Source: Blastocladiella emersonii ATCC 22665
Lineage: Eukaryota; Fungi; Blastocladiomycota
Length of the DNA stretch: 64,000 bases
Reading direction: 5' to 3'
NCBI GenBank assembly: GCA_025594325.1
Contig: JANHCV010000001.1
Location: 1,674,001-1,738,000 of the forward strand
Shown one piece after another: positions 32,903 to 44,950 of the stretch (its first letter is position 1; each line of letters starts with the position of its first letter). Below the pieces are notes generated by a model. It did not search any database. It had not been told where the DNA came from and saw nothing but the letters and a program-made list of their open reading frames with translations. Both the position numbers and the translations under genes were made by a program.

Positions 32903-34574
32903 CTACCGACGCTCGAAGATGAGCGGCACCGCGACAGGCCGCGCCGTGATCGAGTACACGACCTTGGGGTCGCCGGCGCCCTCGGGCAGCGCGACGCGGT
33001 ACCGGCGGACAATGTGGGCGAGCGCGACCTTGAGCTCGAGCAGGGCAAACTGGCGCCCGATGCACGCGCGCGGGCCGACGAGGAACGGCATGTACTGCGT
33101 CGGCAGGATCGTGCGCGTCGCCGCAGGGTTGGCCTCGTGCCCGACGATCTGAATCTCCTTCCACCGGTCGGGCACAAACTCGCCCGCGTCGTCGCCCCAC
33201 GTCGCCGGCGACAGGTGCAGCGCCTGGATTGGCACAATGATCCCCGCGCCCGCCGGGATCGCCAGCGTGCGGCCGTCCGCGAGCGGGAGCGCCGAGTCAG
33301 CGACCGTGCACCGCGCCGTGACGAAGGCCGGCGACCGCAGCCGCAACGACTCGTGGATCACGCGCGCGAGCTCGGGCACCTCGAGGTCGCCCGCGCCCGC
33401 GTCCCGCAGCGCCGCGTACAGCGCGTCCTGCGCCGCCGGGTGCTTGGCGAGCAGGTGCAGCGTCTGCGAGAGCGCGTTGCTCGTCGTCTCATGCCCCGCG
33501 AGCAGCATCGTCAGCAGCTCGTCGCGCACGTCCACGTCAGACAGCTTCCCGTCGGCGGTGTCCGCGGCCGCGTTCTCGAGCAGCACCTCGGCCAGCGTGT
33601 GCGGCGCGGCCGCAGCCGCCTTGACCCCGCAACGCAGGTCGCGGATGATCCCCTCGACGGTCCCGAACAGCAGCGCGCGCGCGGCCCGCATCGTGCGCGA
33701 GCGCGGGATCGGTAGCGAGTCGACGACGGGGACGATGCGGCGCACCAGGTTCCACAGCGACAGCTGCAGCGTCCCGAGCAGCACGTGGTACGCGTCGGTC
33801 AGCGCGGTCGGCGCCGCGGCGCGCTGCGCGTCAAAGTCGGCCGCCATGCCCGCGCGGCCGATCACGTTGAGTGTCAGACCCTGCGCGAGCACCTGGAAGT
33901 CGACGGGCGAGCCGGGCGCGCTCGCGTCGAGGAGGCGGTCGAGCTCGTCGAGCGTGCCCTGGATCGTCGGGATCAGCCTACAGCGAGCGGTTGAGCTTAA
34001 CGCTCTCACGGCGAGCAGGAGGGGTATCGTACTTGAGCAGCGTGGACTTGTTAAAGGTCGGGGTGAGGATGCGCCGGTGCAGCTTGTGCTCGTCGCCCTC
34101 GAGCGACAGCAGACCCTGCTTCCCGACAATGTGGACGGCGAGCTCCGTGACGCTCTTGAGCTTGTTGAACGTGTACGAGCGCGACGAGAGCAGGTGATGC
34201 AGGGCGCGCGGGTCGGCAATCGCGACGTTCGGGCTGCCCAGCACGTCGTAGCTCACGTAGACCGTGTCCTGGACGTGGTCGAGGTTGTCGAGGTGGAACT
34301 CGTACAGCGCCTCGTACCGCAGGATCATGGGGATGTGGCCCGTAATCCAGCGGTGCAGGAACGAGGTGCCCTTGGGCGACTTGAGGCGCCGCCCGTCGGT
34401 GCGCACGCCGTTCGCGATACGGTAGTTGCGCAGGACGCCGTGGATGAGCTTGGCGAGCGGGACCAGCACGAGCAGACTCACGGCGAGCGTGCGGCGGTGC
34501 GCGGCGAGGCGGGTGAAGGCGTCGACGGCGGCCTCGAGCACGCGAGCGGCGTCGGGGCGGGCGAGGGAGCTCAT
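32903..34574 (-). CDS. Cytochrome P450 (paralog 2), 2 exons: 34574-34033 and 33977-32903, 538 aa
   Basis: AGHETT, ESLR, VPDRW and FLVGPRACIG. The C-terminus YSITARPVAVPLIFERR nearly matches paralog 1. 55-nt intron at 33978-34032. Confidence 0.93.
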
Positions 34575-34805
34575 GACTAGAGTGGCTCGTGTCTGACGCC
34601 GGGCACGAGTTGCATGGGCTTACGTGATTCATCAGAGGGCGGAGAAGCGGGAGAGGGAGGAGTAGGTTGGCGGTGAGCGGGAGGGGAGTGCCCTGGGGAG
34701 TGCCACGCGGACCTTCAAGTACGGAAGGTCCCCGGACGCGTGGTATCTCGATATCAATTCTTCCGAGAGCAGAAACTGCAACTTGCACACTCACTCACAG
34801 ACAAC

Positions 34806-35438
34806 ATGGCGCAGCAGCAGCACATGCAGCAGACACCCGAGATCCGGTTCGCGCTGAATCCGGCCAAGGAGGGCCAGGAACCCGTCTTCATCACGGCGCC
34901 CGTGGCCAGCGACGCCGAGCACCTCAAGGAGATCCTCAACCGCGACCTGACGATCCACCAGGCGGCGTTCCGCGTGCCATACCCGTACGGCGACGCCGAA
35001 GCCGCCGCGTACCTGGCGCACGCAGCGGCGCCCGAGGGCCGCGGCGAGTCGCTGATCCGGGTCGGGTCGGCCACGGCGCCGCCCGTGGGCCGGTTCGCGG
35101 TCACGGAGCGGCAGCTGAACCAGGGCCTGCCGGCGGACCCGGTGGGCGGGATCCCGCAGGCGGACCTGCTCGAGTGGACGATCGGGTACTGGCTCGACTC
35201 GCGGGTGCGCGGGCAGGGAATCGTGACGCGGGCGATCCGCGCGTCGCAGGCCAAGGCCGAGACGGACCCGCGCGTGGTGCGCGTGTTCATCTACTGCTAC
35301 ACGGACAACGCGGCGTCGTGCGCGGCCGTCGAGCGGTGCGGGTTCGAGCTCGAGGGGACGATGCGCCGCGGCACCGTGGCCGGCGGCCGTCCGCGCGACC
35401 TGTTTGTCCTGTCGTGGATCCCGTCGCGGTACCAGTGA
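34806..35438 (+). CDS. GNAT N-acetyltransferase, RimJ/RimL-like (copy 4), 210 aa
   Basis: IGYWLDSRVRGQGIV, NAASCAAVERCGFELEG and RVPYPY; distant paralog of copies 1-3. Confidence 0.88.
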   Translation: MAQQQHMQQTPEIRFALNPAKEGQEPVFITAPVASDAEHLKEILNRDLTIHQAAFRVPYPYGDAEAAAYLAHAAAPEGRGESLIRVGSATAPPVGRFAVTERQLNQGLPADPVGGIPQADLLEWTIGYWLDSRVRGQGIVTRAIRASQAKAETDPRVVRVFIYCYTDNAASCAAVERCGFELEGTMRRGTVAGGRPRDLFVLSWIPSRYQ

Positions 35439-36242
35439 CGGGTGCGGTCAAGGGCAGGCAGGAGGGAGACGCGCGCACTGGAACCCGGCGCCAAGACCAA
35501 AACCCGTTTGACTCATGGTGAATACACTCGACTACGATTGCTTCCTTCCTCCCGCGCGTCTCGCAGCCGGTCGTGAGCGGGCAAGTGAGGGATAGCCGCC
35601 AATTGAGCGCGCCCAGCCCTGCCAAAGCGCACGGAGGAGCGGCCGACATGGGCGGCCCTCGTGGTCGGCGAGGGTCGGCGGCGGCGATTCCGTGGTCGGC
35701 AGGGCCGTGCGGCGCGGCGCGTCGCGAGCGCGCCGTGGTTCGACCCGACGCGCTGGAACGCCACTCGCGCGCCGTGCGAGACACTCACGTGATGAGTCCC
35801 GATACGTCATCGTGAATCACGGCCGCGCACGCCGGCCCCAGCTGTCTCCCCAGGCGTCTCCCGCCTCGCTGGCCGCCCCGTTCGGCGCGATAGGCAGGCG
35901 CGCCGGCCGCGATAGCGCGATGGGACGCGGGCCTCACTCTGACTGATCGCTCGTCACGGCGCGTTGCGTCTCCCAGCGCGCGGCCGACGCGTTGGCGGCC
36001 GCTCCCAACGTGTTGGTGGGCCGCCGTGGCCGCCGTGCCTACAAAAGCACGCGGCGCCCGCCCGCCCCCTCCGCGCGCTCGCTCTCCAACGCATCGCTTC
36101 GGCGCCCCTTTCCTCCCGTCCTGACTAGACTACCTCTTCAACCTTAGCTGCCTGCAACACTCGCTGGCTGGCCCATCGACTGCCCACCCCCGCCACACTC
36201 CTCGATCCATCACACACCATCTCGCATCGCTCCACCGCCACC

Positions 36243-38179
36243 ATGCCGAACTTTTTGGCCAAGCACTTTGCGGACACGCGACGCCGCACCACGCCCGAGC
36301 GAGTACGGCTTCACCCGCGCCCACCCACGTCCATGATCACACCGCGCTGACACTCCCACCATGTAGATCGAGCGCGAGCGGTACCTGTGGGGCACGGTGC
36401 CCTTCAAGCGGTGGATGATGCTGCCGACGGGCGCCATGATCCAGATGACGGCCGGGTCCTTCTACGCCTGGTACGCTTCCCCTTCTTCTCCCTCTCTCGC
36501 GCGTGTGTGGGCAGACGCGCCGCTGGACGCGCCGTCCGTTGACCGCTCAAGTGCGGCACGGCGCGACACGTCTCCCACTCTCGCGTGTGATCGCGGCTGT
36601 GATCGGCTTGACGCTCACACTCGACTCCCGCAGGTCCGTCTACAACGGCCCGATCGTCAAGCACTTTGACGACACCATCACGCACGAGGCCATTGCCGAG
36701 GTCTTCTACTGCGCGGTCGGCTTCTTCGGCATCGCGTCGTGCCTGTCGGGCCCGTGGCTCGAGCGGCACGGCCCGCGCCGCATGTCGACGATCGGCGCGC
36801 TGCTCTTCTTCGTCGGTCACCTCATCTCGGCCCTCGGGACCTACCTCAAGCTACTCCCACTCATGTACCTCGGCTATGGCCTGTTCGGTGGACTCGGAAT
36901 CGGCATGACCTACCCTATTCCCGTCGCTGTTCTGCAGCAGTGGTACCCGGACTACCGCGGTTTCTCGGCCGGCATCTCGGTCGGCGCCTTCGGCCTCGGT
37001 TCGGTCATCGCCAGCTTCACCCAGTCGGCGCTCCTGCAGGGCCTCGGCCCCACGCTCACGTTCCTCATCCTCGGCTGCACCTACGCCGCGATCCACCTGA
37101 CGTGCTCGTGGTTCATGCGCTTCCCGCCCCCGAACTACACGGTCCCGCACAAGGGTAAGGGCCTCGACGTGCACGCCTCGCAGCCGCCCATGGCCGCGGC
37201 CCGCACCGGCCGCGCCGCCGCCGCCGCTGCCGAGTACACGCCCACGATCCAGGACGCCGAGGAGGGCCACGCGCCCGCGCACGACGACCACGCCGACGAC
37301 CACCACCACCACCACGTGCACGGCTCCGACACGCGCCTCAACGCCGGCGCGGCGCCCGCCGGCCACAACGCGCACGACGCGCTGCTCGCCGACCCGCTCG
37401 CCCACGTCCGCGGCGCGAGCCACGTCAGCACGGGCCACCACGCGCCCGGCGCGCCCATGGACGAGGACGAGTTTGGCCGCGACCTCAAGTCGGTCGACTT
37501 CCGCTACATCTACGCGCTCTTCTTCCTCGGCGTCATTCCCGGCCTGGTCCTCGTGTCGCGCGTCGCCGACATGGTGCAGTCGGCGTTTGGCCAGACGGTC
37601 GCCACGTCGACGTGGATCGTGGGTGTCAACGGCATGTTCAACGTGCTCGGCCGCCTCGTCATGGGCCTGCTCTCGGACAAGGTCGCCCGCCTCAAGCTCA
37701 TGGTCACGTCGATCCTGGCCTCGATCGCCGCCATGGTCGCCATGTACATCTCGCTGTCCAACAACATCTTCCCGCTGTTCATCGTGTCGATCTGGGTGCT
37801 CACGGGCGCGTACGGGGCCACGTCGAGCCTGATCCCGGGCATCCTCGCCGACAGCTTCGGGTCGGCGCACATTGGCGCCCTGTACGGCACGGCGCTCACC
37901 GGGTGGGCCGCGGGCGGCGTGATCGGCGGCGTCGGGTTCACGGCGCTCATCAACCAGCAGAAGGTGTCGGGCGTCGACCCCAAGCACGTGTACGACGTGT
38001 GCCTGTACTCGATGATCCCGCTCGCGGCGCTCGGCATCGTCATCACGGTCCTGTTCATGATCCGCCGCCGCAAGGTGCCTGCCGTCCAGCACGACCTCCA
38101 CCGCACGCTCTCGGTCTCGTCCATGACGGGCGGCCGGTACGCGGTCGCCGGCGTCCTGCACCACACGGGCCACCCGTAG
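36243..38179 (+). CDS. MFS transporter, oxalate:formate antiporter (OFA)/MCT-like, 3 exons, 569 aa
   Basis: About 12 TM segments; GSFYAW|SVYN, GPWLERHGPR, QWYPDYRG, GRLVMGLLSDKV and ADSFG; introns 36303-36366 and 36471-36633. Confidence 0.9.
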
Positions 38180-38720
38180 ACGTGGGCGCGCGCGCGTCGT
38201 GGTCGGGCGGCGGTCCGGCGTCGGGTACTCGACGGGCGAACGGGATTTGCTGTTCATTACCCCTCCTCATCGCTCGCAACCCGTTCTGCTCTCTTTGCAT
38301 GTTCCTCTCCGCTTCCTCTGGGTGTGTTTTCGTTTTGCATGATTCCCCCTCGCGCTGTCCCCCGTCGCCCTCGTCGCTCGCCTGCTGGATCCCGCCCGGC
38401 CCCCTACATTACAAACCATACACTTTTCTTCATCATTTGCCTGTCTATTTTGTCTCCGAATCGTTTGTTCTGCCTCGATGCTTCAGTGATCTGAAAGAGC
38501 CACTCCCGTTTTGTCTCCTCTCGGACGCGTTGCGCCACACACGTGATTCTCGAACGCGTCGCCTCGTCTCGAATGTCTCGCACCGCCGACACGTGTCTTT
38601 ACTGGACGCGTCTCAACCCGCGCGCACAGCTTGAAGCTTGGGTGCGAGCCCGCGTCCCCAGCGCACCGCCCGCGCTCCCTCCCACGCACCCTCGCTCGCC
38701 CCCTTACCTTGCCGCCCGCC

Positions 38721-40125
38721 ATGTCGCGCTTTCCACAGATTCACCCCGACGACACTACTAGCCACGAAGCACTTGAACCGCTGAACATGGCGTACCCTCC
38801 GAACATGAATGCCAACGGGGTGCAGGTGGGCCAGCCGGCGGGGAGCGTACGCATCGGCTGCGACACACGGCGCAGGGTCGCTCGCGGCTCACGCGCCGAC
38901 ATCGCTCTCACTCGTAGCCCCAGCGCCAGGTGTCGTATTCGACCAAGATCTCGGGTGCGCGTTCCTCGAACTCCAGGTGCAGTAAGTTCTCGTACTGACC
39001 CGCGACTCCGTGTAGACCCGACCGGGTACGGGATCTACGGCGCCATGATGACGGCCATCGGCGACGTGGTCGGGTTCCTCGGCTCGTTCCCCTGTATCTG
39101 CGTACGTCAGCTCGTGCACCCCGTCAGAGCCGCGCTGTGGCTCATCCCGCTCCCGTCTCGTAGTGCCTGCCGAACCAGTTCAAAACGGTGGAGCAGGGCA
39201 AGGTCGGGATCATCAAGCGCTTCGGCCAGGCCACGGTCATGGTCGATCCGGGATTGTACAAGATCAACGTCATGTCCGAGTCGCTGTTGGCCGGTACGTC
39301 GCTAGCCCGTCCACCACTTCGCATCCCGCTCACCGCGCCCATATGTAGTTGATATCAAGCTCCAGGTCGTCGACATGCCACGCCAGGTGATCATGACCCG
39401 CGACAACGTGTCCATCAACATCGACTCGGTGCTCTACTACGTGGTACGTGTACGGCCGACATGGCGCTTCCGTCATGTCCTCACTCACACCGTCGCCACC
39501 TCCAGATCGCCGACCCGTACGTGGCCACGTTCATGATCGCCAACCTGCGCCTCGCCATCACCGAGCTCGCGCAGACGGCGCTGCGCCAGATGATCGGCAT
39601 GCGCACGCTGCAAGAGTGTATCGAGCTGCGCGGTACGCCCTACTCCTCTTCACTCAGCGGCCATCACCATACCTGTAACTGACCGCCCACCTTTTCGTAG
39701 ACTCGATCGCGCACGACATCGAGAAGTCGATCCGCGGTCCCGCGCACTCGTGGGGCGTGCGCATCCAGACGGTCCTGCTCAAAGACGTGCTGATCTCGCC
39801 GGACCTCGTCGAGTCGCTGTCGGCGGCCGCCAAGCAGCGGCGGCTCGGCGAGTCCAAGATCATTGCGGCCGAGGCCGAAGTGGCCGCGGCCAAGCTCATG
39901 AAGGCCGCGTCCGAGGCCCTCAACAGCCAGTCGGCCATGCAGATCCGGTACCTCGACACGCTCAAGCACCTCGCGTCGACGCCGCACACCAAGATCGTGT
40001 TTGTGCCCGACGAGCCCGAGGAGGGCGGCGACCAGTCGGCCAAGAAGCGGAGCGGCGCCGGCGGCGTCCAGGAGATGCGCAAGGCGATCGAGGTCCAGGA
40101 GGCGTTCGTCGACGCGTCGTCTTGA
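38721..40125 (+). CDS. Stomatin-like SPFH/band-7 protein, ~7 exons
   Basis: VEQGKVGIIKRFG, PRQVIMTRDNVSINIDSVLYY, WGVRIQTVLLKDV, AAAKQRRLGESKIIAAEAEV and AMQIRYLDTL; six GT-AG introns. Confidence 0.9.
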
Positions 40126-40227
40126 TTCCATACCCATGATATTAGAGAGATATAGAAGAAACCGGTTTACTTATTACTGCTGCTGCTGCTGCTGCATGTC
40201 CCATTCGCGACACATCCCCAACCTCAC

Positions 40228-41933
40228 TCAGCCCAGCGTGAACGCGTCGAGCCCCCACTCGCGCGCCCACGGGACGTGGTCCGCGATGAGCCCGACCTTG
40301 GCGGCGCTCGCGGCACCCGGCACGAGACGGACAAACGGGATCCCGAGGCTGACGAGGTCGGTCTCGGGGACGACTGCGGGCAGGGCGAGCCAGGTGACCC
40401 AGAGCGCGATGAGGAGGGCGAGGATCGCCACGAGGATCGGCGACGTGGCGAGGTGCGCCGCCGCGTGCACGAGCGCGCCGCTCCGGCTCGCCTCGGGCGC
40501 GCGCCACGTGCGCACGAACCCGTCGCCCGACGCGGTCACGACCACGGGCTTGGCGCGGCTGATCCCGATCGACATGATCGGCACGTCGTGCGCGTTGGCG
40601 TGCCGCTTGGCGACGCGCATGTCGTGCAGCAGGACCAGCGAGCAGTCGGCGAGGCCAACGGCGGCAACGGCGCCGCTACAGATGTGGGGACTGGTGAGCG
40701 GTGTGGGACGCGGTTGAGCGACGGAGCGAGAGCGTACCGGACACTGAACGAGACAGCTGGCTTGGACGCGAGCGTCGTGGTGCGCAGCGGCTTGCTCGGG
40801 GCAGTCAGGTCCCACTCGCTGATGAACGACTTTTTGCGGCCCTGGTTGACGAGCGTGTAGAAGCGCGATCCAATCCCCTTTCTACTCGTGCAAGTGTGTC
40901 AGCTTGATGGACACGCGCGCGCGATCCAGCGGCAAAGTAGAAACGGACCCTCCTGCTCGGAACGTGTGGCCCGCTGGCGGCACCACCTCGAGCATGATCT
41001 CGCCCGACTTGACGGCGTAGACGCGCAGCGCGTTGGCCGAGGTGGCGATCACCTGGGTCGAGTCGTCGGTGAAGGTCACGTTGTACACCTTGGACCCGAG
41101 GTCGATCGGGGCCCAGTCGCACTGCACGAACCCGGGCACGCGGAGGACCGAGAGCTGTGGTAGCGGCGGCGAGATCAGGTTAGCCTGGTGTATCTCGAGG
41201 AGAGAGAGAAAGTAGCAGAGAAGAAGAACCCCGTACCCGCCCTTCGTCGGACCCCGTCGCGAGCAGCGTGCCGTCCGGGCTGAACGCGCAGGTGCACTGG
41301 TAGTCGTGGTCGCCCTCGCGGATCGTCATGAACGCAGACGACTCCTTGAGTCTGACATGATGTGCGTGAGTCGGTCGGGAAGCGCGCGAGGATCAGAATG
41401 ACGCGTGGATAAACGTACTCGGTCTCGCCCGGGCTCAGGATGCGGCAGTTGCGGTTGAACTCGGACTTGGCCGGCGCGTTGACGCCCGTCGCAATCAGGG
41501 AGCCCTACGCAAGCGGGGTTAGTGCGCTGTTCGTGCCTCGAGTCGGGCACTGCGTCGTACATCGGGGTGGAGCGCAGCAGACCACGGCGCGTCCTCGTTC
41601 TTGCCGAACGTCGCCTCCTTGACGATCTTGAGCGTCGGCTCGAGCGACTCGTCGTCCCACGCCAGCATGCACTACGCGGCATTGTTCAGGTCGCGCGGGC
41701 GTCAGCCGCACAGGGACCGAATTCGGATAGCGAACGACGGATCATACGAGCTTGTTGACAAGCCCGGTGCTCCCAGGGCCACCGCCGCCTCCGACGAGGA
41801 TCACCTCGCGGGTGCTGCTCACGGTCGCGGGCGTGCTGGTCACATCGCCGGCGCCGTTCTCAGACCCGGCCTCGGTGCGCGGCAGAGGCAGGGCCGCGAT
41901 CTCGATTGCATTTACTGGCACTTTGATATCCAT
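40228..41933 (-). CDS. SEC12: Sec12/PREB-like WD40 Sar1 GEF with a C-terminal TM anchor, multi-exon
   Basis: K-loop signature ILVGGGGGPGSTGLVNKL, WD40-like blades (CAFSPDGTLLATGSDEG, VVTASGDGFVRTW) and the C-terminal hydrophobic helix ILVAILALLIALWV. Internal exon borders were not all resolved. Confidence 0.78.
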
Positions 41934-44900
41934 GGTAGCGGTGGGCGACGCGGTTACGATAGAGAGGGAGAGAGGGAGAGCGGCATCACGCACCGCTGAC
42001 GCTGACGCCAACGCCAGCCTGCCGACGCGCGCCCGCCACACGTGATTGAGCGGCGCGCCCCAACGCGTCGGCCGTGCTGCGCCCGCGAGACATGCGGCCG
42101 GCGGGCCCTCAAGGCGGAAGTGATATGTCGCGGGTCTGAATGGTTTTATTGAGTGGATCAACGTCTCCCTGAAGCTGCGGGCTGGATCACGGTCACAGCT
42201 CGATGCTGCGCGTGGGTCGGGGCTCTCAGTTCACGGGCTTTGTCGCGGTGGCGGCCAACACGGCGTCAGGCCGGCCATGAGCGGGCGGCGAAGGAGTCGG
42301 TCATGCCTCTCGTGGCGACGAGGACAGCGAGCACGCGGGTGTAGCGCCAAGGAAGCTGAGGTCGAATCGGCGAGTGTGCCGTGATCGTGCACCCGCAGCG
42401 AGTCCACAACTGCGCAAGCTCCACGAGGAGCGCCTCGTTGTTCGAGAAGATAGCTGCGAGAGCGGGTGGCAGGGAATCACGCGAGTCCGACGCAACGGCG
42501 AGTAAGGGAAGCGATGGGTCCCGATCACGACACACGCGCCGAGTTCGTGTGAGGCCGACGCACCGTGAGATCGGGGATGGGAAAGAGAGCTTCGAGGGCG
42601 TCGCACATGTCGGTTGCGGTCATGTCGCGGAGCGCACCTTTGGTCCACGATGCTGCGCGTAAAGCGACGAGATGGTCCGGCGAGTGGGTTGCGCGCTCGG
42701 GCTCGTGGAGAAGCTGATCCCGCAGTTGGCCGGGTAGCGATGCTCGGAAGGCAGCGACTTGACGTGAATGAGGAGAAGTGTCCGATGCACCTTGCGAAGG
42801 ATCTGCAAGTTGCGCGCGTCCTTCGTCGATGGAGAAGGCGAGGCCAACAACGGCGGGGAGGCAGCAGCCTTGGCGAAGTGCCAGTTCGAGCGTTGCATCG
42901 AGTCGTGCTTCATGAGAAGAGCGGCGGTATGGATAGCGGTGAAGAGCCAGCTTCCGGCGAAGGGGCGCAGCGGGCGGGCGCAAGAGAGGTGGGCGGCGAG
43001 GTGGCCGCGAAGGGGCGACGCGTCGCGTCGGCTGCTGCTGCTGCTTCTCCCTCGTCTCTCTCGCCCACTTGCGATGTAATCAACCCACGGCAACAACTTC
43101 ATGCACCCATGCCATCAACTGTCTGCAACGCGCCCTCCGAGCACTCCGTGGGCGCTACAGCGCTCCCGCGGTGCCTCAGACCTCGCGTCGACCGCGCAGC
43201 ACATCACGCGAGACATCAAACCTCGCCGCGCTCCGGGCACACGGGCCTGCTGCCGCCGTCACCGCCGCGACCTTCCGGCGCGGCTTTGGCGGATGTGCGG
43301 CAGCGCGCGCGCGGTGCGCCGGCTGCAGCCGGACGCCCGCCGAGTCGGCAGCGGGACGCACGGCACGCGGCCTCGCACCGCTGTCCCGCCGCTGCTGCCG
43401 CCACGACTATCGGTGCGCCTCGTGCTACTGACCGGCTTCCGTCGTAGACTGAAACATTGAGGTCGCGGTGGCCGTCGGTATCGGGCGCCGAGCGGTCGCA
43501 GCCACGGCCGGACGGCACCGAGGCTGTACAGCGGTACGTTCGCGTTGGCGGACACGCCTCTCTGACGGACTAGCTCGCTTCGACGTGTTCTGTAGCCCGA
43601 CACTCAGATGCGCCAAGTGACCGTGGACATGGCGGGCTCGCACGCGCACTGCATCGTGTCTCATCTCAGCCGACAACGCGCCCCGCGTGCGCGTTCCCCG
43701 CGTTCCCGACGTGGCGCCGCCACACGACGCCACCGGCCTCCCATGTACGTCGCGTCACTGACCGCTCCCGCTGCCCGCGCTAACCGCCCACCCCACGAAA
43801 CCCATGTAACTCGCTCGACACCACTTGCTGAAACTATGCCGCATCGGCCCCACGAACCTCCTCCTCCGTCCGCCGCCGCCCTCGTCGCCGAGCTCCCCGA
43901 CACGCACAACCGCTCCCCGACCGCTCTCCGACACGCGCAACCGCCGCAGAATCGATCCGCCGCGGAAACGCACCGGTATCACCCACTCAGCAGCTCATTT
44001 CGCATACACTCGCGCTTGCGCGCTTCCCCAACCTGTCCCGCGTCGTCTACCCCTCCCTGAGAGCGTCGCCGCACGACTCGGGCGTCACGGCGGCTTTCCG
44101 CAGGTTCTCGCCCTCGCGTCGGCCGCACCATCTCCCCTAGTTCCTCGACCCGCTGCTCGCTCGGGACGACTGCCACGGCGTGGCGGTCTCGTTGCATCGA
44201 GCGACGGTCCGATTGACCTTGACGAGCTTTCTATACGCTCCGCCGCCGATCCCTTTTTGCTGCTGCAACGCTTCCCGCTTCGACAGGCCCCAAAAGTGCG
44301 AGACATCACGTTCTTCGTGTTCGCGCCATCGACGTCACTCTCGCGCTGCGATCGCTCCTCCAGCGAGCAGCGAAAGCAGCTCAAGGTCAGGCCGGGTCAG
44401 GTGGCCAGTCGCGCGCGCTTTCCGACTGGTTTTCATCCTCCTCCCGCTCCGCCACCACGGCCCGTCGACGATGAACCAGTCAGTCTGTCGTCGTGACCGA
44501 ATCGGCTTGACAGCTACGACCTTTCTTCATGCAACGGACTGGAACTATAAAGGCGGCCGGGGGCCCCGTCATCCCCGCTCGCTCTCCCCCATGCCCTTGC
44601 TCGTCCATCGCTTTGCCCCGCTGGCTACAGTCCCACCCGTATCCCGCACCGCAACGTCTTGACCGAGCTTCCCCGCACGTCCTATCCTGGATTTGCAACC
44701 CCGGCTGCATCCCGCGCACATTGGCATCGCCTGCCCGCTCCCGTTCACGCTCGCCTCCACCGTCGACGTCTACCGCGTCGTCACCTTCTCGACGCTCGTC
44801 TACGGCTCGACCTGAACGGCTCAGCATCTCGGCACCGCCGCTCCTGCGCTACCTGCATCCGACCCAACCCGACCGACCCGACCGGCCCTGTTCCCGGCCA

Positions 44901-44950
44901 GTCCGTCAGTCGTCCACGACCTCAAGCTCACCATCATCACCATCCGCATC

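Noticed and set aside
36471-36633. Unusually long 163-nt intron in the MFS gene as a snoRNA host or inserted element
   Set aside because: I could not identify C/D or H/ACA boxes, terminal repeats or a TSD.
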